Shown here in pieces: positions 51,182 through 62,353 of a stretch of DNA of 64,000 bases. The stretch covers positions 56,123 to 120,122 of the forward strand of contig MFNV01000009.1 of NCBI GenBank assembly GCA_001782165.1. The letters are read 5' to 3'. The notes under the pieces were generated by a model. The model was not told where the DNA came from. It did not search any database and saw only the letters and a program-made list of their open reading frames with translations. Position numbers and translations under genes: made by a program. The first letter of the stretch is position 1. Each line of letters begins with the position of its first letter. This DNA comes from Candidatus Levybacteria bacterium RIFCSPHIGHO2_01_FULL_41_15. Its GTDB lineage: Bacteria; Patescibacteriota; Microgenomatia; Levybacterales; UBA12049.

Positions 51182-52972
51182 CTATAATTTTGAAGCTGAA
51201 TTTACGGCCCTAAGAAGCTTAAGAAGTGAATCCAATTCTTTCTGAAGGACAAGTCTTTCCTTAGGTTGCCTCTGATTTAGGTTTTGGGATATACTTCTTA
51301 TTTTATTTCTGATATTTAAAACCTTAAGTTCATCTAGTACCTTCTCAACTTCTTCCTGATATTTTTTATCATCTTCAATCTTGGGAAGGGAAAAAAGAAA
51401 ACAAATGTCAAAGAGGGGTAAAATTTCTTTGGGAAGAGTTTTTGCGAATTTTTTCTCATCAAACTTTTCATTTCTCGCAAGATAGGCAGTAAGATTTTCG
51501 AGAATTTTTTTATAGGAGGGGGTATCAAAAGAATAATCAGAAAGATTTTTGAATACTAAGGCTGCCATCTCTTTTGGATTCTTCCCCTGAATGATAAGCG
51601 ATGTCAAATATTCCTCAAGAATTTCTTTTCTTGTTTTTTTGTCCTTCCCTATAGGAAACTCGGGAATTTGTGCCTCTTTTCTTAAGACTTTTTCAAGTTC
51701 CTTCAGAAGGCTATCAAAAGTTACTTCAAGTCTTAAAGAAAGTAATTTAAGATAGTGTTCTTTTACAATCTCGTTATCAATAAGAGATATAAAAGGCAGA
51801 AGATTTCCTGTTATTTTTTTCTTTCCTTCTCCCGTCTGTCTGTCAAATTTATTAAGGAAACTGTCAATCAAAAAGTCGTATATTCCTATATCTTTTTTAA
51901 GTGCTTTTTTGAAAAATAGAGGGTCTTTTTTGATTGCCTCATCAGGATCCTTAAAAGTTCCAAGATCTATTATTGTGGTGGTAAGGTCTTTCTTTTCAAG
52001 AGCTGCTAAGCTTCTTTTTATAGCCTCAAAACCTGCCTCATCCTGATCAAGACATAACGTCACTTTTTCGGCAAATCTTGACAGAAGAGAGACCTGATTC
52101 TCCGTAAGTGCCGTTCCTTTTATTGCAACAACATTCTTAATCCCTTGTGAATAACAGGAAATAACATCAAACTCTCCCTCAACTATTATTGCCCGGCTGT
52201 TTTTCTTAATCTCCTCTTTGGCAAGATTAAGCCCGAAAAACATACTTCCCTTGTGGTATGCAAGGGTATCCCGTGTATTTACATATTTTGACCCCGCCAA
52301 AGGCGGGGCTGATTCTCTTTCTTCTCTTAAAATCCGTCCTGAAAAAGCAACAAGATTATCTCTGTGATCATAAATTGGAAACATTATTCTGTCTCTAAAG
52401 AAATCTACAATTCTTCCTCCCTTTGAAAAAGAAAGACCTGATTCTAAAAGATCGGAAGGTTTATATTTTTTCTTTTCTATTAAAAATTTGGAGAGCGCAT
52501 ATCCCCTGCCCGGAGAATAACCTATTTTAAATGTTTCAATGAGCTTTGGGCTGATTTTCCTTTTATAAAGATATGAGAGCGCTTTTTTCCCAAGCGGGTG
52601 CTTTGTCAAAACGAAATGGTAAAAATCAGAGGAAAGATTATTTAATTTATAGATCTTTTCTTTTTGGGATGTTCCCTGTTTGACAAAATCGGTCTCTGAA
52701 AGCTCAACTCCTGCCTTCCTTGCAAGTATTCTTAAAGCCTCGATAAATTCGAGTTTTTCATATTCCATTAGAAACGTGTAGCAATCTCCACCCTTGCCGC
52801 AGCCAAAACAATGCCAAATCTGTCTTTCCGGAGATACCACAAAAGAAGGTGTTTTTTCGTTATGGAAAGGGCAAAGAGCCTTAAAATTCCTTCCCATTTT
52901 CTTAAGGGGAATATATTCGCTTATCAAAGAAGGCAAATCTATCTTTTCCCTAACTCTTGCAACTTCGTCCAT
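51182..52972 (-). CDS. dnaG: DNA primase
   Basis: CPFH..CFGC zinc finger, KYVN, EGEFD and TOPRIM DQD. Confidence 0.97.
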   Translation of the reverse strand: MDEVARVREKIDLPSLISEYIPLKKMGRNFKALCPFHNEKTPSFVVSPERQIWHCFGCGKGGDCYTFLMEYEKLEFIEALRILARKAGVELSETDFVKQGTSQKEKIYKLNNLSSDFYHFVLTKHPLGKKALSYLYKRKISPKLIETFKIGYSPGRGYALSKFLIEKKKYKPSDLLESGLSFSKGGRIVDFFRDRIMFPIYDHRDNLVAFSGRILREERESAPPLAGSKYVNTRDTLAYHKGSMFFGLNLAKEEIKKNSRAIIVEGEFDVISCYSQGIKNVVAIKGTALTENQVSLLSRFAEKVTLCLDQDEAGFEAIKRSLAALEKKDLTTTIIDLGTFKDPDEAIKKDPLFFKKALKKDIGIYDFLIDSFLNKFDRQTGEGKKKITGNLLPFISLIDNEIVKEHYLKLLSLRLEVTFDSLLKELEKVLRKEAQIPEFPIGKDKKTRKEILEEYLTSLIIQGKNPKEMAALVFKNLSDYSFDTPSYKKILENLTAYLARNEKFDEKKFAKTLPKEILPLFDICFLFSLPKIEDDKKYQEEVEKVLDELKVLNIRNKIRSISQNLNQRQPKERLVLQKELDSLLKLLRAVNSASKL

Positions 52973-53319
52973 AATTTTAAGATTTAAAGCAGGTCTATTT
53001 TATCACTCGTAGAATGAGTTTAAAACTACCCAAAATTTGGCTAAGGCTCTTCAAGTTTTCTAAAATATTTTACTGCAAACTTGACAAAATCTTAATACTA
53101 TTTATATGTGATCAAAAATCGTTGATATGTGGATCTGTTTTGATTTTATTAAAGGAGTATCATCATAAATTGAATAAATTTTTTATCAAAAATTTTTATT
53201 GTCAAAGTAGAAACAATTATGGAATCGATACGCCCCGAACATAGCACTAATTACCGAGAATTTCCCGACTTTATCCCGAATGCGAAGCAAAGCCATGCGC
53301 TTTGGAACGATTCACAATT

Positions 53320-54492
53320 TTACGCATAGCTTTTTCCGACGTTTGTGACTAAGATGCTGTGAGGATGGCTTTCTGCCAAAGATGCCTGTGTTATTTGAAT
53401 AAATTTTCCCTTTTTCCAAAGCTCTTTTATGCTCCTTGCCCCTACATAATACATCCCTGATTTTATTCCACCGATTGCCTGAGCAGCTAAATCCTCTACT
53501 TTTCCTTTGACAGGAACCAAACCTTCAACTCCCTCTGCAATTAGAACTCTGTCTTTATAATCTTTGTTATGAAACTCTCCTTCTGATTTCACCTTTGCTC
53601 CCTTTTTCATAGCTCCCTCTGATCCCATTGCCCTGTACTCTTTAAAATAAAATCGTTTTTGTCTTTTTTCCAAAATACTTAAAAACCTTTGAGGAACCTG
53701 TTCTCGCTTAAGTATCAGAACTCTTCCAGGAGATTCTAAGGCAGATGCAAAAAAACTTCCCATCATAACAGTTGATGCGCCACAAGCTAAGGCTTTTACA
53801 ATATCGCCTGAATATTTTATTCCGCCGTCTGCAATAATCGGAACATTTGCATTTTTTGCGACTTTTGAGATTTCCATAATGGCAGTAATTTGAGGGACAC
53901 CCATTCCAGAAATTATTCTTGTTGTGCAGATTGCGCCAGGTCCCATACCGACTCGCAAGCCATCTGCTCCCACTTGAATTAAAGCTTTTGCCCCATCCCT
54001 TGTTGCAATATTTCCCGAAATTACTTCTACTTTTTTAAAATTCTTTTTTATATATTTTGTTGCGTCAATAACTGCCTTTGAAAACCCATGAGCCGAATCA
54101 ACAACTATTACATCGATTCCAGCTTTAACCAAAGCCTCTGCTCGTTTTTCAAAGTTGCTCGCGCCGACTGCAGCTCCAACAATTAATTTTTGAGCCTTAA
54201 CCTTTTTAACTTCTTTCGCCTGATTTTCTATAGTTAAGTTGCGATGGATAATCCCGGCTCCTCCTAATTTTGCCAAAGCTATGGCAAGTTTTGCTTCAGT
54301 AACTGTGTCCATTGGGGAAGAAACAAAAGGAATAGAAAGTTTTGTTTTCTTAGTGAGTTGAGTTGATAACTCTATCTCAGGACGAGTAAAATCCGAGTAA
54401 CCGGGCACAAGAAGAACATCATCAAATGTCAGTCCCAAAGAAAATACGCTAGTACTGAGCGGAGTCGAATGTACAGATTTTTGAGGCTCCAT
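53320..54492 (-). CDS. guaB: IMP dehydrogenase family protein lacking CBS domains
   Basis: [20 protein letters not shown] and IADGGI motifs. Confidence 0.88.
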   Translation of the reverse strand: MEPQKSVHSTPLSTSVFSLGLTFDDVLLVPGYSDFTRPEIELSTQLTKKTKLSIPFVSSPMDTVTEAKLAIALAKLGGAGIIHRNLTIENQAKEVKKVKAQKLIVGAAVGASNFEKRAEALVKAGIDVIVVDSAHGFSKAVIDATKYIKKNFKKVEVISGNIATRDGAKALIQVGADGLRVGMGPGAICTTRIISGMGVPQITAIMEISKVAKNANVPIIADGGIKYSGDIVKALACGASTVMMGSFFASALESPGRVLILKREQVPQRFLSILEKRQKRFYFKEYRAMGSEGAMKKGAKVKSEGEFHNKDYKDRVLIAEGVEGLVPVKGKVEDLAAQAIGGIKSGMYYVGARSIKELWKKGKFIQITQASLAESHPHSILVTNVGKSYA

Positions 54493-54640
54493 AATTTACT
54501 ATATAGGCAATCTTTTACTTTGTCAAGCGCAGCGAAGACCCCTCTTTAATCGCTCCGTGAGCCGTTCCGCCAACTGGCGGATGAAAAGGAGAACGGGGAG
54601 ATTGGTGGGGTCAAGATTTTAAAAATGCTATTATAAATAT

Positions 54641-54670
54641 ATGCTGGCAAAGGTAAATTCATCGGCGATT
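54641..54670 (+). pseudogene. Orphan duplicate of the first 10 codons of comM
   Basis: Encodes MLAKVNSSAI, identical in protein to 55343-55372 but with synonymous codon differences. Confidence 0.8.
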
Positions 54671-54722
54671 ATGCGACTTATCAATTTGACAAGGTGTGAG
54701 ATAATATCTATGATTACAGCAT

Positions 54723-54917
54723 ATGAAAATCGTAGATCTATCAAAATTGCTTAAAAAATATAAATCAGGCTGGGTGGCAATAGATAAAAAAAACAAGGTT
54801 GTGGCTCACGGAAAAACTTTTGCCTTAACTTGTCAAAAAATTAAAAATACAAAAGACATCTTGCTTGTTCCTGCTTCTAAAAACTACTTTGGCTTTGTAA
54901 CCACATGTAATGGCTAA
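54723..54917 (+). CDS. Small DUF5678-like protein
   Basis: Y...WVAI....KVVAHGK motif. Confidence 0.7.
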   Translation: MKIVDLSKLLKKYKSGWVAIDKKNKVVAHGKTFALTCQKIKNTKDILLVPASKNYFGFVTTCNG

Positions 54918-55308
54918 ATATCCATATTTTTCCCCAGACAATAAAACATTCAAGCCATGGATTAAGATATCTCTTGGATATAGAAAGACTCACAAAGTAA
55001 GTCCGGGTGTAATTGCGCTCGTTGATTCGGGTGCAGATGTTTGTTTTTGCAAAGAGGATATTGGAATTTGGTTGGGAATTAATTTTTCAAGAAAAGAACA
55101 GACAATTTTTACTACCGCAAACAGAAGTACGTTCCGAGCCAAAAAAGAAACGATTACATTATATGCCTGTGGCAAAAACTATGAGTGCCTCTTTTATTTT
55201 ACTAACGATTTGCCCCATGAAACACCAATTATTCTTGGGCAAGTGGGCTTCTTCGATCATTTTAAAATTACTTTTGATTTAAGAAATAAAGAGATAGAAA
55301 TCCTCTAG
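54910..55308 (+). CDS. Retropepsin-like aspartyl protease
   Basis: ALVDSGAD and ILGQ.GFF motifs. Confidence 0.85.
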   Translation: MAKYPYFSPDNKTFKPWIKISLGYRKTHKVSPGVIALVDSGADVCFCKEDIGIWLGINFSRKEQTIFTTANRSTFRAKKETITLYACGKNYECLFYFTNDLPHETPIILGQVGFFDHFKITFDLRNKEIEIL

Positions 55309-55342
55309 CTTATCTTCATAATCTTTCTGTTATAATTTTTAT

Positions 55343-56938
55343 ATGCTGGCAAAGGTGAATTCCAGTGCGATTGTCGGACTTGATGCAGTGCCGATTGAGG
55401 TTGAAGTTGATATTGCCTCACAAGGACTGCCTTCTTTCACGATAGTGGGGCTTCCGGATAAGGCTGTTGAAGAATCAAAAGAGAGAGTAAGATCTGCTAT
55501 TAAAAACTCAGGGGCTGACTTTCCTGCCAAAAGAATAACTGTCAATCTTGCACCTGCCGATCTTCCAAAAGAAGGACCTTCCTATGATCTTCCTATAGCA
55601 ATAGGAATTCTTCTTGCAAATGGTCAATTTGAGGCCGATATTTCCGATGCTCTGTTTATAGGAGAGCTTGCTTTAGATGGTAGACTTAGGCATACCAACG
55701 GTATTTTATCCCAGATAATAATGGCAAAAAATAGAAGAATTAAAAGAGTTTTTATTCCCGAAAAAGATGTAAAAGAAGCTTCAATTTTGACGGGTATCAA
55801 GATTTATCCTGCCGACAATCTTATTTCTCTTCTTAAACATTTCTCAGGCGAAGAAGAGATTGCACCTGCAAAAAATATTAATATAGATTCCCTATCAAAA
55901 GACGTTTCGTTTGACTTTGATATGGCAGATGTCAAAGGGCAGGAGCAGGCAAAAAGGGCTTTTGAAATTGCAGCAGCAGGTGCTCACAATATTTTAATTA
56001 AAGGCCCGCCGGGCTCTGGAAAAACAATGCTTGCCCGAACGCTTCCCTCCATTCTACCCCGTCTTACTTTTGATGAAGCTTTGGAAGCAACCCGAATCTA
56101 TAGCATCTCAGGGCTTTTAGACAACAACGCTCTCATAATTAAAAGGCCTTTCCGCGCACCGCACCATACGACTTCTCATGTAGGACTTATAGGCGGAGGA
56201 ACATATCCTAAGCCTGGAGAAATTTCTCTTGCCCACCGCGGCGTTTTATTTTTGGATGAGTTTCCTGAATTCCCCCGCTTCGTCCTTGAGGCTTTAAGAC
56301 AACCAATGGAAGATGGGATTATAACAATTTCAAGATCATCAGGCCGGCTTAAATTCCCTGCCAAATTCATGTTGGTTGCCGCACAGAATCCATGCCCGTG
56401 TGGCTATCTTGGGGACAAGTCAAATAAATGCAAGTGTTTATACAGTCAAATTATCAAATATCAAAAGAGGGTCTCGGGACCTCTTCTTGATAGGATTGAC
56501 ATTCATCTTGAAATCCAGCCGGTTAGAACTGATAAACTAACGGCAGATGATAAAAGCCTGCCCGCCCACCAGCGGGTAAAAACCTCAAAAGAAATCCAAA
56601 AGAAGGTACAGAATGCTAGAGATATCCAGCTTAAAAGATTTAAAAGCAACTTGTCTGCTCGCCTCGCGGCGGAGCGGACCGGCAGGCAGGGAAAAATTAC
56701 TTCAAATTCCGAAATGTCAACAAGAGACATAAAGGAACTTTGCAAGCTATCCGAAGAGTGTTTGGAAATTTTAAGGCTTGCGGTTGCGCGCATGAGCCTT
56801 TCGGCAAGATCTTATTATAAAACTATTAAGCTTGCCCGGACAATTGCAGATTTAGAAGAGATAAAAGAAATAAAACCTGTTCATGTCGCAGAAGCTCTGC
56901 AGTATAGACCAAGGCAAGAAACAACAATCAGTTATTAG
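55343..56938 (+). CDS. comM: YifB/ComM Mg-chelatase-like AAA+ ATPase
   Basis: VGLPDKAV.ES.ERV, NLAPADLPKEG, GPPGSGKT and RPFRAPHH motifs. Confidence 0.94.
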   Translation: MLAKVNSSAIVGLDAVPIEVEVDIASQGLPSFTIVGLPDKAVEESKERVRSAIKNSGADFPAKRITVNLAPADLPKEGPSYDLPIAIGILLANGQFEADISDALFIGELALDGRLRHTNGILSQIIMAKNRRIKRVFIPEKDVKEASILTGIKIYPADNLISLLKHFSGEEEIAPAKNINIDSLSKDVSFDFDMADVKGQEQAKRAFEIAAAGAHNILIKGPPGSGKTMLARTLPSILPRLTFDEALEATRIYSISGLLDNNALIIKRPFRAPHHTTSHVGLIGGGTYPKPGEISLAHRGVLFLDEFPEFPRFVLEALRQPMEDGIITISRSSGRLKFPAKFMLVAAQNPCPCGYLGDKSNKCKCLYSQIIKYQKRVSGPLLDRIDIHLEIQPVRTDKLTADDKSLPAHQRVKTSKEIQKKVQNARDIQLKRFKSNLSARLAAERTGRQGKITSNSEMSTRDIKELCKLSEECLEILRLAVARMSLSARSYYKTIKLARTIADLEEIKEIKPVHVAEALQYRPRQETTISY

Positions 56939-56967
56939 TTATTCGTTGTTAGTTATTAGTTTGAATT

Positions 56968-59334
56968 ATGGAAAAAGGCCTGTCCCCCCAAGAAGTTGAG
57001 GAAAATCTTCTTAAATTTGGCAAAAATACTATAAGGGAGAAAAAATCAGCCTCCAAGATTCAGCTTTTCTTTTCCCAATTTCCAAGCTTTATAAATGGCA
57101 TTTTATTTTTGGCTTCTCTTTTTTCATTCTATATCGGCAACCTCGTCGATGGATCATTAATCTTGGTAATTTTAATCCTCTCCGCTTCTTTCTCCTTTCT
57201 TCAGGAATATAGAGCCGAGAAGGAACTTGAAAAATTAAAAAATCTAATCGCTCCTATGAGTCGCGTTATAAGAAACGGCAGGGAAGAAGAAATTTCAAGC
57301 TCTGATATAGTACCGGGGGATTTGGTAATCCTAAATGAGGGAGATAAAATCCCGGCAGACGGAACAATTGTTCGCAGTTCTAATTTCGAAATTGATGAGT
57401 CAGTGATCACGGGCGAATCTGCCTCTATTATAAAAGACTCACATGAAGAGGTTTTTTCAGGCACCTTAGTTATCAAAGGCAAAGCGCATATAAAAATTAC
57501 AAAGACGGGGAGGGATTCAAGACTTGGGCAAATAGCAGAAACTTTATCTCAAATAAAAGCTGAAAAAACCCCTCTTCAAAAACAATTAGACAAAGTAGGA
57601 AAAGTAATCTCCGTAATAATCGTTATCATCGCCTTTCTTTTAGTGCCTATTGGTATATCAAACGGTCTTCATTTTTTCCCCTTACTTCTTCTTGCGATTA
57701 GCATTGCGGTTGCGGCAATCCCTGAAAGTCTTCCCGCAGTTATTACAATAACTTTGGCGATTGGAACGTCAAGGATGGCAAAAAATAAAGCAATTGTCAG
57801 GAAAATGGCATCGGTTGAAACACTTGGAGCCGTTCAAATTCTTCTTATTGATAAGACAGGAACGTTAACCCAAAACTCAATGAGAGTCAAAAACTTCTAT
57901 CTTTTAGACAGGAAAAAATTAAAACAGCTTCTCATGAGTGCAGTCCTAGGAAACACAGCCTCTTTAATAGAAAAAGCATCGGAGGGAAGATTTGATATCG
58001 TAGGAGACCGTACAGATGGAGCAGTTCTTCTCTGGGCAAAGGAGCAAAACGGCGATATAAAATCCCTTATCGACGGCGGGAAAATAATTGAGGAAAATAC
58101 TTTTGATCAGAAAACAAAAACTATAAGTACAGTTTTTGAACAAAATAATAAAAGGTATGTTTTTGTAAGAGGCGCTCCGGAGTCAATCCTTGAAAAAAGT
58201 AAAGTCTCAGAGCTTGAAAAAAATAAAATAAATAAAATAATTGAAAATTATGCAGGGCAAGGCTTGCGAGTCATAGGGTTTGGTTCAAAAATTGAAGATC
58301 ACGAAAGAATAACAGACAGAAACCACATAGAAGATAACTTGGAATTCTTGGGAATCGTAGGTATTCATGATGCTCCAAGACCTGAGGCAAGGGAAGCAGT
58401 CGAGAGTGCGAAAAAAGCCGGGATAAAGGTAGTAATGGTGACAGGAGATAATGAGCTTACCGCCCTGGCTATTGCAAAAGAGGTAGGCCTAATTGATAAA
58501 GATGAGGATGTTATAACAGGAGAGGAACTTTTAAGAATGACCGATGAAGAACTTATAAAAATCATTGAAAAGACAAGAATTTTCGCAAGAACAACTCCTG
58601 AGGATAAATTAAGATTAACTACATTGTTTAAAAACTTAGGATACATAGTCGGTGTTACGGGAGACGGTGTCAATGATGCGCTTGCTCTTAAAAAAGCTGA
58701 CGTGGGAGTTGCGATGGGGCAAAAAGGTACTGATGTTGCCAAGCAAGCAAGTGATATTGTGCTAATGGATGACAGTTTCGCAACGCTTATAAAAGCCGTC
58801 CTTGAAGGAAGGACAATCTATAATAATATAGTCAAATCAATTGTCTATCTTCTTTCAGGGAATTTATCAGAACTCTCGCTTATTTTTTTTGGACTTTTGC
58901 TTGGGCTTCCCTCTCCTCTTCTTCCCACACAAATTCTTTGGGTAAATCTAATAACAGACGGACTTCCGGCGCTTGCCCTGGCAAGCGACTACAGAAATAA
59001 AAGAGTGCTGGCAGATTTACCCCGCGATCCGAAGGAACCGATATTGGGAAATGGAAGACTTATTTTTATAAGCTTCGTGGGCTTTGCAGTTTCAGGAATT
59101 TTAATTGTGCTTTTTTCTATCCTTCTTAAATCCTATTCTGAGGTTTTTTCAAGAACTGTAATCTTTAATCTTCTCGTTCTTTTTCACTTTGGAATAGTAA
59201 TGTTGGTACGCGGACGGGAGATGTTCTCTCCCAATAAATTCTTGTATATCTCGCTTTTAATTATTCTAGCTCTTCAAATTGCAATTACCTTTGTACCTAA
59301 TCTTTCGAAGATCTTTCACCTCGGGTTAAACTAA
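56968..59334 (+). CDS. Cation-transporting P-type ATPase (type IIA-like)
   Basis: TGES, IPESL, DKTGTLT and TGDGVND motifs. Confidence 0.95.
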   Translation: MEKGLSPQEVEENLLKFGKNTIREKKSASKIQLFFSQFPSFINGILFLASLFSFYIGNLVDGSLILVILILSASFSFLQEYRAEKELEKLKNLIAPMSRVIRNGREEEISSSDIVPGDLVILNEGDKIPADGTIVRSSNFEIDESVITGESASIIKDSHEEVFSGTLVIKGKAHIKITKTGRDSRLGQIAETLSQIKAEKTPLQKQLDKVGKVISVIIVIIAFLLVPIGISNGLHFFPLLLLAISIAVAAIPESLPAVITITLAIGTSRMAKNKAIVRKMASVETLGAVQILLIDKTGTLTQNSMRVKNFYLLDRKKLKQLLMSAVLGNTASLIEKASEGRFDIVGDRTDGAVLLWAKEQNGDIKSLIDGGKIIEENTFDQKTKTISTVFEQNNKRYVFVRGAPESILEKSKVSELEKNKINKIIENYAGQGLRVIGFGSKIEDHERITDRNHIEDNLEFLGIVGIHDAPRPEAREAVESAKKAGIKVVMVTGDNELTALAIAKEVGLIDKDEDVITGEELLRMTDEELIKIIEKTRIFARTTPEDKLRLTTLFKNLGYIVGVTGDGVNDALALKKADVGVAMGQKGTDVAKQASDIVLMDDSFATLIKAVLEGRTIYNNIVKSIVYLLSGNLSELSLIFFGLLLGLPSPLLPTQILWVNLITDGLPALALASDYRNKRVLADLPRDPKEPILGNGRLIFISFVGFAVSGILIVLFSILLKSYSEVFSRTVIFNLLVLFHFGIVMLVRGREMFSPNKFLYISLLIILALQIAITFVPNLSKIFHLGLN

Positions 59335-59428
59335 ATTTAAAAACTTAAGAACAACTCAAAAGAGGTAATGTTAGGAGACTCAGATTGGGCAATTATATCA
59401 GAAGAATCGGGGGAGATTTTGAAAGCAA

Positions 59429-59971
59429 TTAATTTTGATCCGGTCTTCTAAAGACTACCGTTATTCCTTCACTCTTGTCTTTTGTTATGCCCTCTATCTC
59501 TGTAAATCCGAATTCCACTGCTAGTCTACCAGTCCAGGTAGATCTTGCAGCATCTTCAGGATCAAATCCTTCCTTAAGCATTTCTGAATACTGATCGTAA
59601 TTGCTAGAGGCAAATTTATCAAGACTTGGCACCCAATATGTAGAAATTCTGTCAATTTCATAACCATTGGCTATAAAGTATTCATATGCGAAAATTAAAA
59701 ATTTTCTTGCAAACAAATCCGGATGCCTTTCTCCTGTTATGTATCTTCGGGTAAAGACAACTGCTATAAAGGTGCCCTCGGAAACTTTAGCATACATATG
59801 ATACCAACTGAACTCCTCATCTTCTATTTCAATAAAGTTACTTCTGATATAGTAATGCAAAGATTTTCCGGATCCACCCTTTGTTACACCTCTTGTATTT
59901 AGCGGTAGGTCTTTAAAAGGAATGCCATATTCCCCTTCAATGTATGGATATCCAACTTTACTCTCAACCAT
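59429..59971 (-). CDS. Hypothetical accessory protein
   Basis: 180-aa ORF with TATAAT 7 nt upstream; lies between 15-bp direct repeats. Confidence 0.7.
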   Translation of the reverse strand: MVESKVGYPYIEGEYGIPFKDLPLNTRGVTKGGSGKSLHYYIRSNFIEIEDEEFSWYHMYAKVSEGTFIAVVFTRRYITGERHPDLFARKFLIFAYEYFIANGYEIDRISTYWVPSLDKFASSNYDQYSEMLKEGFDPEDAARSTWTGRLAVEFGFTEIEGITKDKSEGITVVFRRPDQN

Positions 59972-60017
59972 AGGGGAAGATTATAAATCCGGGGAAGGAA
60001 ATTATCAAATCGGGCAA

Positions 60018-61049
60018 TTATATCAGCTTTTGTTGGGGGGAGGATTTCGGTGGGGTTTTGCCGAGGTGTTCGTAGGCGACGGGTGTTGCGACCCGACCTC
60101 TTGGCGTTCTTTTGACGAATCCAATTTGAAGAAGATATGGTTCGATAACCTCCTCAATTGTTCCAATATCCTCTGATATTGTCGATCCGATTGTCTCAAG
60201 TCCGACAGGCCCTCCTGCGTGTTTATCAATAATTGCTTTTAGAAATCTTCGATCAGAACTGTCAAGCCCCATACTATCAACTTCAAGCATCGCAAGTGCT
60301 TCTTTGACAAGTTCGCTTGTAATTTTTCCCTCACCTCTCACTTGCGCAAAATCCCGTGCTCTTTTTAGTAATTTCAAACTTATACGCGGTGTTCCTCTTG
60401 CCCTTTTGGCAATTTGTCGAACACTCTCCTTATCAATTGAAACTTTAAGTTTTTTTGCGGCATTTTCAATAATTGTTTCTAAATCCTTTGGATCATAAAA
60501 GCTTAAACGGTGAACTACGCCAAACCTGTCCCGAAGAGGAGCAGACATAAGACCGATTCTGGTTGTTGCGCCGATTATCGTAAACTGCGGAAGCTCTAAT
60601 CTTAACGTCCGGGCGGAAGGACCTTTTCCCAAAATTATATCGAGTGCATAGTCTTCCATGGCAGGATATAAAGTTTCCTCAACCACTTTATTAAGCCTAT
60701 GAATCTCATCGATAAACAAAATGTCTCCTTTTTCAAGATTTGTAAGAATAGATGCAAGGTCTCCGGCTCTCTCAATTGCAGGACCAGATGTTACTCTTAT
60801 ATTTGCGCCCATTTGTTTGGCAACAAGATGAGAAAGAGTAGTCTTTCCAAGTCCCGGAGGTCCGTAGAGAAGTATATGCTCGATTGCCTCTTTTCTTTTT
60901 TTGGCGGCATCAATTGCAATATGCAAGGATTCCTTAACTTGTTTTTGCCCCAGAAACCCTGTCCAGTCTGAAACCCTTAAAGAGGTAAATAATATCTGTT
61001 CTTCAGGAGTTTCCTGTTCATCTAGTTTAATCTGTTTCTTGCTTAGCAT
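60018..61049 (-). CDS. ruvB: Holliday junction helicase RuvB
   Basis: [20 protein letters not shown] and RTPRGR motifs. Confidence 0.98.
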   Translation of the reverse strand: MLSKKQIKLDEQETPEEQILFTSLRVSDWTGFLGQKQVKESLHIAIDAAKKRKEAIEHILLYGPPGLGKTTLSHLVAKQMGANIRVTSGPAIERAGDLASILTNLEKGDILFIDEIHRLNKVVEETLYPAMEDYALDIILGKGPSARTLRLELPQFTIIGATTRIGLMSAPLRDRFGVVHRLSFYDPKDLETIIENAAKKLKVSIDKESVRQIAKRARGTPRISLKLLKRARDFAQVRGEGKITSELVKEALAMLEVDSMGLDSSDRRFLKAIIDKHAGGPVGLETIGSTISEDIGTIEEVIEPYLLQIGFVKRTPRGRVATPVAYEHLGKTPPKSSPQQKLI

Positions 61050-61147
61050 AATTTTAAATTTTTAATTCTTAATTTTTATTGAATTTTTAATGTTTTAAGT
61101 TTTAAAATTTAGATTTTATTTAAAATTTCAAATTTCAAATTCTAAAT

Positions 61148-61723
61148 TTACTTGCCAAGGTATTTCAATGCAAGCCTTATCTTCTCTTCAACACTCTCTA
61201 TCTTCTTGTCAATATTTTTGAGGGCTTCCCCTGCTTCTTTTGAAGAAAACCCAAAACTTTTAAGAACAGCTAAAACTTCTTTTGCTTCCCCGTCTCCCTC
61301 TTGTAATAAATCGAGCTCCTCAAGGCTTCCTACTTTACTCTTAAGTTCGATTATTAATTTTTGTGCATTCTTGGTCCCAAGACGAGGAATTGCTGTAAAG
61401 AAAGAGACATCTGCTTTGGCAATTGCAGATATTATTGAGTCTCTATTCCCAAAGGAGAAAATGTTTACTGCGATACGAGGTCCGATTCCTGAAACTCCTA
61501 TTATTTGTTCAAACAGTTTTAAATCTAAAGGATCGGAAAATCCGAAGAGCTCTAAAGCATCTTCCCGAACATGAGTATAGGTATAGACTTCGATTTCTTG
61601 ATTAATTTTTGCTTTTCCCAAAACCTCAGACGGTACAGTCACCTTATATCCTACGCCTTGCGTATCAATCACAATTGAAGCATTGTCAAAATACTTTACT
61701 TTTCCTTTTATAAAACCGATCAT
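61148..61723 (-). CDS. ruvA: Holliday junction binding protein RuvA
   Basis: GVGY, HVRED...LFGF and VSGIGPR motifs. Confidence 0.97.
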   Translation of the reverse strand: MIGFIKGKVKYFDNASIVIDTQGVGYKVTVPSEVLGKAKINQEIEVYTYTHVREDALELFGFSDPLDLKLFEQIIGVSGIGPRIAVNIFSFGNRDSIISAIAKADVSFFTAIPRLGTKNAQKLIIELKSKVGSLEELDLLQEGDGEAKEVLAVLKSFGFSSKEAGEALKNIDKKIESVEEKIRLALKYLGK

Positions 61724-62202
61724 AAGCTTAATCTTTTGTTCGAAAAAAGATATGTTAGTCCGACAGCCAGTGCGTCCGCGGTATCATCGGGTTTTGGGAC
61801 AGAATTTAAGTTTAAAATTGTTTTTACCATTTTCCCCATTTGTGCTTTTTCTGCTCTTCCATAGCCCGTCACTGCGATTTTAACCTGAAGAGGAGTGTAG
61901 ATTGCAAGAGGTATGTTTTTTTCTGCTCCTGCAAGAAGAATTACTCCTCGTGCTTGTCCTACAATAAAAGCAGTCTTTGCATTGGTATTGAAAAAAAGCT
62001 CTTCAATTGCCATCGAATCTGGCGAATATTTTTCAATAAGTTTTAATATTTCGCTATAGATTTTTTTGAGCCGGTACTCTACATCATCCTTTGAACTCGT
62101 CTCAATGCACCCGAAGTTTTGACTTTTGACTTTTGACTTTTGACTTTCGATTACTCCCCATCCTGTTCTTGCAATTCCTGGATCAATACCCAAAACCCGC
62201 AT
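61720..62202 (-). CDS. ruvC: Holliday junction resolvase RuvC
   Basis: GIDPG..TGWG, IEELFF and DDTADALAV motifs. Confidence 0.97.
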   Translation of the reverse strand: MRVLGIDPGIARTGWGVIESQKSKVKSQNFGCIETSSKDDVEYRLKKIYSEILKLIEKYSPDSMAIEELFFNTNAKTAFIVGQARGVILLAGAEKNIPLAIYTPLQVKIAVTGYGRAEKAQMGKMVKTILNLNSVPKPDDTADALAVGLTYLFSNKRLSL

Positions 62203-62353
62203 AAGTTATTTTCATTATAGCACCTTGTAAAATAGCTAGCTTTGAGTTAAAATAAATCCTTAATAGTTTGCTCATCTAATTATTTATGGTGAGCAAAGCT
62301 TGCCCTGAGTTTATCGAAGGGTCGAATAAACTTGTATTGAGCGGAGGACAAGT

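Noticed and set aside
53014-53244. 76-aa ORF between dnaG and guaB
   Set aside because: AT-rich, no recognisable motif; probably spurious or a decayed remnant
54530-54615. Purine riboswitch upstream of guaB
   Set aside because: No match to the purine aptamer core; the stems look like nested palindromic repeats
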